A DNA stretch of 64,000 nucleotides from positions 923-64,922 of the forward strand of contig JAUYMY010000008.1 of the NCBI GenBank assembly GCA_030699385.1. The letters run 5' to 3'. This DNA is from Methylobacter sp. (GTDB lineage Bacteria > Pseudomonadota > Gammaproteobacteria > Methylococcales > Methylomonadaceae). Positions 49,072 through 59,049 of this stretch are shown piece by piece (position 1 is the first letter of the stretch; each line of letters opens with the position of its first letter). Both the position numbers and the translations under genes were made by a program. The notes beneath the pieces are model-generated. The model was not told where the DNA came from. It was given only the letters and a program-made list of their open reading frames with translations, and searched no databases.

Positions 49072-52000
49072 TTATGAATGTTGCTGCTTGAGCAATTCGT
49101 CAGCCAGCAGGCGATGCACCAGACCACTCATCGTATGCTGCTGAGCTAACAATTGCAGCGCGTCTTCATCAGCTTCAACCGTCATACCCGCTTGACGATG
49201 CTCGCACAAATGCGCCGTGGTCTGATGAATATCACGATGTATCGCATCCAGTTTATGGAATTCGCTGGTATTGCGAAAATGACTGGCGCGCTCATCATAA
49301 TACCAATGACCAAAATGACATTGCCGATGATCCTGCAGTGATTCCGGCGTAGCTACGTCGTCCGCCTCATCAAGATTGGCGATAACCCGGTTCGTCCAAC
49401 AACGATGATTCGCTTCGGTCAACAGCAATTCAAAATAATCCCGCGAGGTTAAATGCGCGGCGGCACCCCATAGTGGATCCGGTATGAAAGCTGCCAGCCA
49501 GGCGTTCATGTGTTTGGCCGACATGGGTTTGGTGAGCACGCCACCCTGCATCACATCACAGCCCAATTCCATCAGCATTAATATTTGATCAATATGCCCC
49601 ACGCCCTTAGCAATAACTTGCGCATGGCATGATGCCGCCAAGCCGACCACGCCCTCGACAATATCCATTTCTTCGGAGTTGGTCAATAAATCGGACACAA
49701 AACTCAAATCGACTTTTAAGGCATCAACGGTAAAATGATTCAACCGCACCAGCGATTGCACCAGCGCCGAAAAACCGCTACCAAAATCATCCAGAATAAT
49801 GCCAACGCCCATTGCTCGGCATTGGCGCATCACGTCACCGGCCATCAGCACATCTTTTAACACCGCCGATTCGATGACTTCTATTGCCAAATGCTGGATG
49901 ATTTTTGCATCATAGCCGGACAGTATGGCTTGCAGCCGCGCCGGAAATTGTGGATTGAGCAATTGGCGCGCGGAAATATTCACGCTGACCTTAATGTTAA
50001 ACCCGGCCTCATGCCAGTCTTTAAGTTGGCGCAAGGCATGTTGCAGCGACCAGCTGTCCAAGGTAATCATCAGGTCGTCATGCTCAATCACAGGAATAAA
50101 TTCAGCAGACGACAGCACGCCAAGCACTGGGTGATTCCAACGCAGCAAGGCCTCAGCGCCGACGACCTTACCTTGGCGGCAGTCCACCTCGGGTTGGTAA
50201 TAAAGCTCAAACTGCCCTTGCGCCAACGCATCGCTGATTCTTGCCAACGAATCCTGATTGGTTTGGTTGCGTTTTTCATAAACCGCGTTGAACAAATGAT
50301 AACCATTTTTGCTCGCCTGCTTGACCTGATACATAGCCTGGTCGGCATGGCGCAACAACAAATCCGGCTCGCTGTTATCTTCGGGAAACAAGGTCACGCC
50401 GATACTGGCTGAAATATGCGCCAGCTGCCCGAAAATCAAATAGGGCGCCGCGATAATGGTGACAATACGCGCTAAAGTCTGCTCGCATTCGCTGACATTG
50501 GCAAAGCCGCCGAGCAACAAGGCAAACTCATCGCCGCCGAAACGGGCGGCGGTGTCTTCCTGGCGGATACAGTCTTTCAAACGTTGCGCCACTTCCCACA
50601 GCAACTGGTCGCCTGCGGCATGACCCAAGGTGTCGTTGACCTGCTTGAAACCATCCAGATCGAGCATACACACAGCGGCAATTTCCCGGTTACGGCGGCA
50701 AAGCGCCAACGTTTGCTTGATGCGGTCGGCAAATAAAACCCGGTTAGGCAACTGGGTAAGCTGGTCATAAAAAGCCAGATTATTGACCTTATCCTCTGTT
50801 ATCTTGCGCTCGGTAATGTCGGTATAAGTGGCCACATAATTAATCACTTGGCCCTCTTTGTTTCTAACGGCGGTAATGGTGACGAAGGTAGGATGCACTT
50901 CGCCATTTTTAAGGCGGTTCCAGATTTCGCCCTGCCAGGCACCTCTACGAATCAGGCTGCCCCACATTTCATTATAAAATTCCGCATCATGATGGCCGGA
51001 TTTTAAGATGTTCATTCTGCGGTTGAGCAATTCCTCACAGGAATAGCCGGTAAGCCGGGCAAAAGCATGGTTGACTTTGACGATGACATTGTCAGTATCG
51101 GTGATGACCATGCCTTCTTGTGACTCGAAGGCGGTGGCGGCAATTTGCAGCTCAATTTCTGCCTGTTTGCGCTCGCTAATATCGGTGAATGCAACATGGA
51201 TCATAGCCGGTTCTGAATTTTCCATGCGTTGGCAGTCGAGCAAGGCATGGAAATCATTGCCATCATCGCGGTGCATGACCAATTCAAAGCTTTGTTTCGT
51301 GTTGAGTATCAACGCAGATAGAAAATGTTGTTGCCAGCGCTCACATTCTTGCGCTTCCAAAAAGTAGTTAAGCGAGCGGCGCTGTAACGCCTTGCGCTCG
51401 CCGCACAAAAGCTCCGCGCCGGTATGATTGATTTTTTCAATTAAGCCGTCGCCGGTCAGTGTGAGATAACCGATAGGGGCAAAATCAAACAGATCCATAT
51501 AACGGTTGCGGGATTCTTCCAGTTGAATCTGGATTTGTTGCAGCTCATGGTTCTGCGCCTCCAATTCGGCATGATGGTCTTGAAGCTTATCGGTAACCTG
51601 CTGCAGTTCAGACTCTATCCGCTTACGCGCGGTAATATCGGTGATAAAGCCATGCCAAAGCGTTGAGCCGTCGTCCAGTCGCTGCGGCAGCGCATTACCG
51701 AGCAACCAACAGTCCGGCTCGTCGCCAAACTTTAGCCGGTACTCATTAAACCAAGGCGTTAAATCTCGTGCCGAGGTTTGAATCGATGCCAAGTGCCCTT
51801 TTAAATCATCAGGATGCACCACAGTAAAAACATAGGATCCATCGTCTTGCACCATCTCCGGCTCCACCCGGTAAATGCTAAGTAATTGCTGATTGGCATA
51901 AGGAAGACAACAACTGCCATCAGGCCGCAATTGAAACTGAAAAACCACGCCGGGCACTTGGCCTGCAACCTTGGTCAGCCTATCCTGCGCTTGTTGCCGC

Positions 52001-52239
52001 AGTATGTCCGCTTGCTGATGCTTGGCCTCCTGGATTTCAAGCGGGCGAAATACCAAAAAATAAATCACCGGAAAAACCAACGCCAACAGCAACAAAGCGT
52101 CGAGCAAGGCCAGATACCAATGCGACAACGGCGGCAACATTTCAATGAACGAATGACTGAGCATCTCGCCGATAAAAATGGAGCCGATTAATGCCAGCAG
52201 CAGGAGCCGGACGGGATAGGGGTTATGCAAAGATTTCAT
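49072..52239 (-). CDS. 2TM-PAS(x3)-GGDEF-EAL-CZB signalling protein
   Basis: DITARK / DISERK / DITERK PAS ends, GGDEF, EAL, DDFGSG, C-terminal H..W..CHFGHWY..H CZB. Confidence 0.9.
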   Translation of the reverse strand: MKSLHNPYPVRLLLLALIGSIFIGEMLSHSFIEMLPPLSHWYLALLDALLLLALVFPVIYFLVFRPLEIQEAKHQQADILRQQAQDRLTKVAGQVPGVVFQFQLRPDGSCCLPYANQQLLSIYRVEPEMVQDDGSYVFTVVHPDDLKGHLASIQTSARDLTPWFNEYRLKFGDEPDCWLLGNALPQRLDDGSTLWHGFITDITARKRIESELQQVTDKLQDHHAELEAQNHELQQIQIQLEESRNRYMDLFDFAPIGYLTLTGDGLIEKINHTGAELLCGERKALQRRSLNYFLEAQECERWQQHFLSALILNTKQSFELVMHRDDGNDFHALLDCQRMENSEPAMIHVAFTDISERKQAEIELQIAATAFESQEGMVITDTDNVIVKVNHAFARLTGYSCEELLNRRMNILKSGHHDAEFYNEMWGSLIRRGAWQGEIWNRLKNGEVHPTFVTITAVRNKEGQVINYVATYTDITERKITEDKVNNLAFYDQLTQLPNRVLFADRIKQTLALCRRNREIAAVCMLDLDGFKQVNDTLGHAAGDQLLWEVAQRLKDCIRQEDTAARFGGDEFALLLGGFANVSECEQTLARIVTIIAAPYLIFGQLAHISASIGVTLFPEDNSEPDLLLRHADQAMYQVKQASKNGYHLFNAVYEKRNQTNQDSLARISDALAQGQFELYYQPEVDCRQGKVVGAEALLRWNHPVLGVLSSAEFIPVIEHDDLMITLDSWSLQHALRQLKDWHEAGFNIKVSVNISARQLLNPQFPARLQAILSGYDAKIIQHLAIEVIESAVLKDVLMAGDVMRQCRAMGVGIILDDFGSGFSALVQSLVRLNHFTVDALKVDLSFVSDLLTNSEEMDIVEGVVGLAASCHAQVIAKGVGHIDQILMLMELGCDVMQGGVLTKPMSAKHMNAWLAAFIPDPLWGAAAHLTSRDYFELLLTEANHRCWTNRVIANLDEADDVATPESLQDHRQCHFGHWYYDERASHFRNTSEFHKLDAIHRDIHQTTAHLCEHRQAGMTVEADEDALQLLAQQHTMSGLVHRLLADELLKQQHS

Positions 52240-52311
52240 GCGCGTATTGACTTGTAGGCTAACGACTCATTGAATAATAGCAGGTTAAAAGGTGATTACC
52301 ACGAAGACTCG

Positions 52312-52932
52312 TTACTCCCATTCAGCAATAAAGCGGCTTTGATAATCCGCCATCGCCAGCCTAATCACTTCATGCGCTTCATCGCGCCCGTAAACATTGG
52401 TGATTTCGCAGGAACTTTTTTCACCGGGCAGATGTTTATAGGTCAAAAAATAATGTTTCAACCGGTTAATGTAAGACTCAGGGCAGTCTGAGACATCGGT
52501 CCATTGCCGATAAAACTCGTCACCTTTCATCACTGCAATAATCTTGTCATCGGCCTCGCCGCCATCGAGCAAACGGAAACCGCCAATCGGTATCGCCTGC
52601 AACAAAATATCGCCGTGAGTCACGCTGCGCTCGCTCAACACACAAATATCCAACGGGTCGCCATCGCCCTTATCGACCGCTTTACCTGATTTTAACGCGG
52701 CAAATTCGGCGATTCTGTCGGCGCAATAGGTTTGCGGAATGAAGCCGTACAAGGTGGGCACTGTATTGGAAAATTTTTGCGGCCGGTCGATTTTAAGGTA
52801 GCCGGTTTCTTTGTCGATTTCGTATTTGACGGTATCGGACGGGACTATTTCGATAAAAGCAGTGACGACGCTCGGAGCATTATCGCCGGGACTGATGCCG
52901 TGCCAGGGGTGGGCTTTGTATTGTCTATTCAT
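52312..52932 (-). CDS. ppa: Inorganic pyrophosphatase (family I)
   Basis: HPWHG, KYE, YGFIPQT, GDGDPLD, DDKI. Confidence 0.92.
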   Translation of the reverse strand: MNRQYKAHPWHGISPGDNAPSVVTAFIEIVPSDTVKYEIDKETGYLKIDRPQKFSNTVPTLYGFIPQTYCADRIAEFAALKSGKAVDKGDGDPLDICVLSERSVTHGDILLQAIPIGGFRLLDGGEADDKIIAVMKGDEFYRQWTDVSDCPESYINRLKHYFLTYKHLPGEKSSCEITNVYGRDEAHEVIRLAMADYQSRFIAEWE

Positions 52933-52954
52933 GGATGCTGAAAATAATAGGGTT

Positions 52955-53788
52955 TTAAACAGAAATAGGCGCTTTGATATGCTCATGCGCCTGATAATCG
53001 ATGATTTCAAAATCGTCATAGCGGTAATCGAAAATCGATTCCGGCCTGCGCTTTATATTTAATGTCGGCAGCGGGTAAGGCTTGCGCGTTAATTGCAGAT
53101 TGGCCTGCTGCTGATGGTTCAGGTAAAGATGCACATCGCCGCCTGTCCAAATAAAATCGCCTACCGCCAAATCGCATTGCTGGGCAACGATATGCGTCAA
53201 CAACGCATAACTGGCAATATTAAACGGCAGACCTAAAAAGGTGTCGCAACTGCGCTGATACAGCTGGCAGGACAATTTGCCGTCAGCGACATAAAACTGA
53301 AACAGCGCATGGCAAGGCGCCAAGGCCATTTTGCCTTGTGCGACATTCTGCTGCGGGCTGATGCTTTCGTCCGGCAAATCCGCGACATTCCAGGCCGAAA
53401 CAATAATCCGGCGACTGTTGGGCGTGTTTTTAAGTTGCTCAATGATCTGCTGAATCTGGTCGATATGCCGTCCGTCTATGGTCGGCCATGAGCGCCATTG
53501 ATGACCATAAACCGGCCCTAACTCGCCATTTTCATCGGCCCATTCGTTCCAGATAGTGACCTTATTTTGGTGTAAAAAGTCCAGATTAGTGCCGCCTTGT
53601 AAAAACCACAACAGTTCAACAATAATCGATTTTAAGTGTATCTTTTTCGTCGTTACCAACGGGAAACCGTCCGCCAGCGGAAAGCGCATTTGATGGCCGA
53701 AAATAGACAAGGTGCCGCTGCCTGTCCTGTCGCCTTTCGGACTGCCTTCGGTGATAATTTTATCGAGTAATTCTAAATAGGCTTTCAT
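52955..53788 (-). CDS. thyA: Thymidylate synthase
   Basis: DRTGSGT, ELLWF, MALAPCH, YQRSCD, FNIASY. Confidence 0.97.
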   Translation of the reverse strand: MKAYLELLDKIITEGSPKGDRTGSGTLSIFGHQMRFPLADGFPLVTTKKIHLKSIIVELLWFLQGGTNLDFLHQNKVTIWNEWADENGELGPVYGHQWRSWPTIDGRHIDQIQQIIEQLKNTPNSRRIIVSAWNVADLPDESISPQQNVAQGKMALAPCHALFQFYVADGKLSCQLYQRSCDTFLGLPFNIASYALLTHIVAQQCDLAVGDFIWTGGDVHLYLNHQQQANLQLTRKPYPLPTLNIKRRPESIFDYRYDDFEIIDYQAHEHIKAPISV

Positions 53789-53806
53789 GCGATTTTTATT
53801 CGTTGA

Positions 53807-54592
53807 TTATTCATTGTCCGCACTTTGGTAGGCGCCTTTTCGGGCTTTGCCCATCGTTATCATATCGAAGGCATTTCTCACACCTTTTAATACCGGCGCC
53901 GCGCCGCCCATCGCCACCGCATCCACCAGACAATACCAAGCGGCGACGCCACTCGGTGGATTGCCCTGAGGCAAGCCTAATACCGGATCTATGGCCGCCC
54001 ATGTCCAGGTGCCAACGGCGGTGCCGATAAGTTCCAACCAAGTAGTGATAAAAAAAGCCGCGAGATAAACCATCGGCGAACGGCCCTTAAAAAGATAAGC
54101 CAAGAACACGCAAAACAACAAAGCGCCGACCGAATCGCCCTGTGCGGCATAGCCGCTGATGCCCCAAACCGACCAAGCGCCGCACACTACAACCACAAAA
54201 GCGGCGATTTCTCTGGCATAACGCTGGAATAAGCCGGAACGCCCCAAGGCAACGGCGGTTAAATAAACCATGCCGTGACCGGGCGGCACGTAGGCGGGCA
54301 CGTTCTCGAAACGGTAGGTGTAACCGCCCATAAAAGGCGAGGCAAAATGCTCACCGACAGTGGCAAACATCACCGCAATCAGAACCTGTACTCTGATTTC
54401 CCGGTTTTCACCGAGCAACAAACCCATTAAAAAGACCCAACCGCACACGCCTAAGGCATTTTGCTTTTCCAGACTGGCAGTAGCATCGGTAGTTAAGCAG
54501 ACCGCAACGCAAAAAAAAGTAAAGGCGGCGATAAAATAATCCCGCTTTCTATGAGCAGTATTAACGTTAACGGCTGGAAAATGACGTAACAC
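53807..54592 (-). CDS. Hypothetical integral membrane protein
   Basis: Multiple TM segments; YRFENVPAYVPPGHG and GNPPSG look like conserved motifs. Confidence 0.75.
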   Translation of the reverse strand: MLRHFPAVNVNTAHRKRDYFIAAFTFFCVAVCLTTDATASLEKQNALGVCGWVFLMGLLLGENREIRVQVLIAVMFATVGEHFASPFMGGYTYRFENVPAYVPPGHGMVYLTAVALGRSGLFQRYAREIAAFVVVVCGAWSVWGISGYAAQGDSVGALLFCVFLAYLFKGRSPMVYLAAFFITTWLELIGTAVGTWTWAAIDPVLGLPQGNPPSGVAAWYCLVDAVAMGGAAPVLKGVRNAFDMITMGKARKGAYQSADNE

Positions 54593-54667
54593 AATGGCCT
54601 CAGCTTGAATCGATAGAATGAAAAAAATATAAGCCTATGCGCTACGCTGGAACGAGACGGCCAAGCC

Positions 54668-55105
54668 TCACACAAACAGCCAGGCAATGACCGCATATCG
54701 ACCTAACTTACCCAACAAGATGATAAGGCAGGCTTGAAAGAAGGGCAGTTTTAACCAGCCACCGGCAAAACACAAGGCATCACCCACCACGGGTAACCAG
54801 GTAAAAAAAAGTGTCCAAATGCCTTTTTGTCTGACCACCTGCAAGGCTTTTTGTTTGTTTGTCGATAACAGTGTCGCTGCCGGAAACTTTTTCGCCGCTA
54901 ACACGCCTAAACCCCAAGTGGTCAGCGCGCCTAAGGTGTTGCCTACTGTGGCGACGGCAACGATCAATGCGACTTGATAATGTCCTGTTGTTACCAGATA
55001 AGCCACAACCGCTTCTGAGCCGCCCGGCGCTATGGTTGACGAGATAAAAGCACTGATAAACAGCCCGCCTATTTCAAACACGTAATCTTGCACTTTTTCT
55101 CTCAA
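54668..55105 (-). CDS. yqaA: YqaA/DedA (VTT domain) membrane protein
   Basis: PGGSEA, GNTLGA, WLPVVGD, GKLGRY; start codon uncertain. Confidence 0.85.
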   Translation of the reverse strand: MREKVQDYVFEIGGLFISAFISSTIAPGGSEAVVAYLVTTGHYQVALIVAVATVGNTLGALTTWGLGVLAAKKFPAATLLSTNKQKALQVVRQKGIWTLFFTWLPVVGDALCFAGGWLKLPFFQACLIILLGKLGRYAVIAWLFV

Positions 55106-55145
55106 AAAAAACCCTGCACTCCATTAAAGAGCGCAGGGGTCTTTT
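55104..55145 (-). terminator. Rho-independent terminator after the cupredoxin gene
   Basis: A-tract, ccctgcactc..gagcgcaggg stem, T-tract. Confidence 0.6.
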
Positions 55146-55159
55146 ATGTTTGCTGAAAT

Positions 55160-56065
55160 TTAATTTTCAGGCAATGTTTTGTTTTTATCGGACATAACCC
55201 GTTTAATTAAGCCGGATAACAATTTTGTAACCCACTCAATGCCTGTACGAATCCACTCAAAGACTGTCGCCACTATTTCGGCAGGGCTCATGCCTTTAAA
55301 CCTTTTCGCCAAAAAAGGCGCCAGCAATAAACCGATGGCCAAGCCGATCACGGTCACACCTGAAATAATAGAATCTTCTTGTGGCGGTTCAGCGACGGGC
55401 GTTTTTTTAGCAGGAACCACAACGGGCGCGGCAGCTTCAGCAGCTAACGCAGCGGTCGCAGCCATGACAGTTTGCAAGCTACCTTGGTAATCGTCGGGCA
55501 CAACGTAGGCGGTTACCCCAGGAATACTGGGCAAGTCACCATCACCTTTGCCGACTTTTAATTGCGCCTTCATGCCTTTTTCCATGTGCTGAGCAATATC
55601 GCAATGCACCAGATAGGTTTTGTCGCCGGGCGGCAAAATCAAGGTTCCCGAAATTTTTGCCGGGCCACTTATTTCCAAGTGAAACATACCTTTAGGGTAT
55701 AAATACTTAGGTAGACCGTGCATCATCCATTGATGACGGATATTGTCATCATTGACAAAATTGACGGTTAGTTTGGTGCAGGGTTTAAAATTAAACTCCT
55801 GAGTATCAAATGCATACATTCTGCCGGGAAATTTCTCTGCATGTTTATGTCCGGCATGTACGGTAATTTCTTTGGTCTCGGAAATACTGTCGCAACCACC
55901 CGGCAGAGTACTGGTATTTTGCCCCATGACCATGCCGCCGGCCATGTCCATTAAATGGCCATCACCGTGATCCATGAGCATACCGTTATGCTCTTGGTAT
56001 TCCAGTGCCGAGACTGACGCTGAAAAAAGCAAAACCAGTGCCCCAGCCGATAATAACTTCACCAT
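55160..56065 (-). CDS. Exported cupredoxin-domain copper protein with His/Met-rich N-terminus and C-terminal membrane anchor
   Basis: Signal peptide; HNGMLMDHGDGHLMDM; RHQW and HCDIAQHMEKGM type-1 Cu ligands. Confidence 0.8.
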   Translation of the reverse strand: MVKLLSAGALVLLFSASVSALEYQEHNGMLMDHGDGHLMDMAGGMVMGQNTSTLPGGCDSISETKEITVHAGHKHAEKFPGRMYAFDTQEFNFKPCTKLTVNFVNDDNIRHQWMMHGLPKYLYPKGMFHLEISGPAKISGTLILPPGDKTYLVHCDIAQHMEKGMKAQLKVGKGDGDLPSIPGVTAYVVPDDYQGSLQTVMAATAALAAEAAAPVVVPAKKTPVAEPPQEDSIISGVTVIGLAIGLLLAPFLAKRFKGMSPAEIVATVFEWIRTGIEWVTKLLSGLIKRVMSDKNKTLPEN

Positions 56066-56217
56066 TATTTATGTCTCCCATTGCTCAATAAAACCACCTA
56101 AATTAGGCGCATCTCCAGACGAAGTTCGCGCCTTTCGCCTGCCTCCCTGCAAACAATGCCATTACCGCCCTGCCCCGGATTACGGGTAAAGCTGCGTAAT
56201 GGCATTAACGCTTAAAA

Positions 56218-56808
56218 TTAGCTTTTGATTTTTGCTATCACTTCATCTACTTTAGTTTTGAAGCCCGCATGTGACAAATAAAGAACGTACAAGCCAGCAA
56301 AGGCAAAGAAAGCATACAGGAGCAGGTTATTTCTGCTGACTGCCTGACCGCCACCCGCTTTAAAGCTCATGTGCGCATCCAAACGCTCGCCAACATCAGG
56401 AACCAGCGTAATGTGAATCAGGTATTGACCCGCTTCTGGTACGCCATTGGGCATTTTGAGCTCAACTGTACCTTTTTTATGTTTTGCCGCAGGCAGAAAA
56501 AATACCCGAGTGCCTTCTGGTTCTTTAGTAACTTCAAACTCAACCGCCATGTCGCGGTATTTCATATCCTGATAATCGAATACCAGCAAAGTCATTTCGT
56601 TAATGCGCGGAAGATTGGCGCAAAAATCTTCAGCGGGAAAAGCGTTGGGTTGATACGCCGTATAATGCAGCCAATGAGTCGGCTCCAATTCGAACTTACA
56701 TTGGTCAGTATCGGTACCTGCGGCTCCACCATGCGCCCATAGGGATGCAGAAAATAACAATCCCAGAAGTACCAGGAAACCTTTTCGTAAAATATGTATT
56801 CTGTTCAT
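56218..56808 (-). CDS. PmoD/AmoD-like periplasmic protein with C-terminal TM
   Basis: Signal peptide ending WA|HGG, D.C, H(Y)TAYQP, FC..LP, D.....R pattern characteristic of PmoD/AmoD. Confidence 0.7.
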   Translation of the reverse strand: MNRIHILRKGFLVLLGLLFSASLWAHGGAAGTDTDQCKFELEPTHWLHYTAYQPNAFPAEDFCANLPRINEMTLLVFDYQDMKYRDMAVEFEVTKEPEGTRVFFLPAAKHKKGTVELKMPNGVPEAGQYLIHITLVPDVGERLDAHMSFKAGGGQAVSRNNLLLYAFFAFAGLYVLYLSHAGFKTKVDEVIAKIKS

Positions 56809-57068
56809 AATGCCTTCCAGTTTTGAAAAATTATTATAATGGCTGCTTAAAACCCATCAAAAACCAAGTGATTTCAACCAGCGTTTTGACTTGGAGCAGC
56901 AAGCAACTCTAGCACATCGATTTAGTCTAATACAAGGAATTGATGGAAAACTCGTTTTAACAGTGGTTATTGCATAAATCACCGTTAAGCAGCCCGGCTG
57001 TACTCTTGCTATCCGCCCCTGCTTTTCGTAGACTTAGACCAATTTTTATTCTAACGGAGTTTTACCGC

Positions 57069-58736
57069 ATGTCATCTTTGACTACTTCTACGGCTTGGGC
57101 AGCTTTAAAAATACACCACGAAGAAACCAAAAATATTCTTCTGCGCGACAGCTTTAATAACGACGCCAACCGCCATGCAAAATTCTCCGTTCTGTTTAAC
57201 GGTATCCTTTTTGATTATTCCAAAAACAGAATCACCGACCAAACCCTGCCCTTGCTTATCGACCTAGCTAAGCATGCCGGGTTAGACGAAAAAATCAAGG
57301 CCATGTTTTGCGGTGCAAAAATAAACAGCACCGAACACCGGTCTGTCCTGCATACCGCCTTACGCAACCGCAGCAATCAACCGGTTTATGTCGATGGTCA
57401 GGATGTGATGCCGCAAATCAACAGCGTGCTGGCGCAAATGCGGACATTCAGCACCTATGTACGCTCAGGTGAATGGAAAGGTTATACCGGCAAAGCCATT
57501 ACCGACATTGTCAACATCGGCATAGGCGGTTCCGATTTAGGCCCCAAAATGGTATCGACAGCGCTAACGCCTTATGCGTCCGAGTCATTAAAAGTGCATT
57601 TTGTCTCCAATGTCGACCAGGCCGACCTTGTGGAAACACTAAAGCATTTATCGCCGGAAACCACGCTGTTTTTGATTGCCTCGAAAACATTTACCACCCA
57701 AGAAACCATGACCAACGCAAAATCAGCCAGAAGCTGGTTTCTTGACAGCGCGCAAGACCCGCAAGCCATTGCCAAGCATTTTGTCGCCATTTCCACCAAT
57801 ACCAAGAATGTGGCCGATTTCGGCATTGATACCAATAATATGTTTGAATTCAGGCATTGGGTCGGTGGGCGCTATTCACTGTGGTCGGCGATTGGCCTGT
57901 CTATCGCGCTGTATGTCGGCATGGATAATTTCGAGGAACTTTTATTGGGCGCTTACGAGGTCGACGAACATTTTCGTTCTGCGCCTTTTGAACAAAACAT
58001 TCCTGTTATCATGGGCTTACTGGGCATTTGGTACAACAATTTCTACAATGCCGAATCCCATGCGCTGTTGCCTTACGACCAATCGATGCTTTATTTCGCC
58101 GATTACTTCCAACAAGGCGACATGGAAAGCAATGGCAAATGCATAGACCTTAACGGCGATCATGTCGACTACAGCACCGGACAGATCATTTGGGGGCAAC
58201 CCGGCACCAATGGCCAACATGCGTTTTTTCAATTGATTCACCAGGGCACCAAACTGATACCCTGCGACTTTTTGGCCGCCGCCAACAGTCACTATACGCG
58301 ACCGGATCACCATGACATTTTAATTTCAAACTTTCTCGCCCAACCCGAAGCCTTGATGAAAGGCAAAACCGCCGAAGAAGTCAAACAAGAATTATCCGCC
58401 GAAGATCAGGCCGATACCGTCCTGGTCGCATCCAAAATATTTGACGGCAACAAACCGTCCAATTCATTTTTATTCAGCAAACTGACGCCGAAAACATTAG
58501 GTTCACTGATCGCCTTTTACGAACATAAAATTTATGTACAAGGTGTGATTTGGAACATCAATTCATTCGACCAAATGGGCGTCGAATTAGGTAAAACCCT
58601 AGCCAAAGTCATCCTGCCGGAATTACAAAACGACAGCGTCATCGATAGCCATGACAGCTCAACCAATGCCCTCATCAACACCTACAAAAAACTGCGAGCG
58701 GAAGCGCCGCAATCGATAGAACCAAAAGTTTTTTAA
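57069..58736 (+). CDS. pgi: Glucose-6-phosphate isomerase
   Basis: [34 protein letters not shown]. Confidence 0.97.
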   Translation: MSSLTTSTAWAALKIHHEETKNILLRDSFNNDANRHAKFSVLFNGILFDYSKNRITDQTLPLLIDLAKHAGLDEKIKAMFCGAKINSTEHRSVLHTALRNRSNQPVYVDGQDVMPQINSVLAQMRTFSTYVRSGEWKGYTGKAITDIVNIGIGGSDLGPKMVSTALTPYASESLKVHFVSNVDQADLVETLKHLSPETTLFLIASKTFTTQETMTNAKSARSWFLDSAQDPQAIAKHFVAISTNTKNVADFGIDTNNMFEFRHWVGGRYSLWSAIGLSIALYVGMDNFEELLLGAYEVDEHFRSAPFEQNIPVIMGLLGIWYNNFYNAESHALLPYDQSMLYFADYFQQGDMESNGKCIDLNGDHVDYSTGQIIWGQPGTNGQHAFFQLIHQGTKLIPCDFLAAANSHYTRPDHHDILISNFLAQPEALMKGKTAEEVKQELSAEDQADTVLVASKIFDGNKPSNSFLFSKLTPKTLGSLIAFYEHKIYVQGVIWNINSFDQMGVELGKTLAKVILPELQNDSVIDSHDSSTNALINTYKKLRAEAPQSIEPKVF

Positions 58737-58744
58737 AACTATTA

Positions 58745-58787
58745 ACCACGAAGCACACGAAGTTTCATACTTCGTGTGCTTCGTGGT
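58745..58787. repeat. Perfect 19-bp inverted repeat of the 'ccacgaag' family
   Basis: accacgaagcacacgaagt-ttcat-acttcgtgtgcttcgtggt. Confidence 0.75.
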
Positions 58788-58957
58788 GATAATCTTTCTA
58801 CCCGTCACACTATTACCCCCCCTTTTTTTCAATCCCCCGCGCCACAACCGCAACCTGTTGCTAAAAAGCAAATAACTAAATGACTATTTTTTACCTAAAA
58901 ACATAGCACTAGCTTTCATCCTTTGCTTATTTACAACATATTTAGCACTTTGTTGCT

Positions 58958-58997
58958 GTGTCACGAAACTGTCACAAAGCTGTCATTAAGCTGTCAT
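58958..58997 (+). promoter_or_regulatory. Tandem Pho boxes (four PhoB half-sites)
   Basis: GTGTCAC, CTGTCAC, CTGTCAT, CTGTCAT at an exact 11-bp period; -10-like TATTCT at 59008. Confidence 0.88.
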
Positions 58998-59049
58998 TTT
59001 ATTTTCCTATTCTTGCTCGGACTTTTTTGATAATAACCAAGAGCATAAT

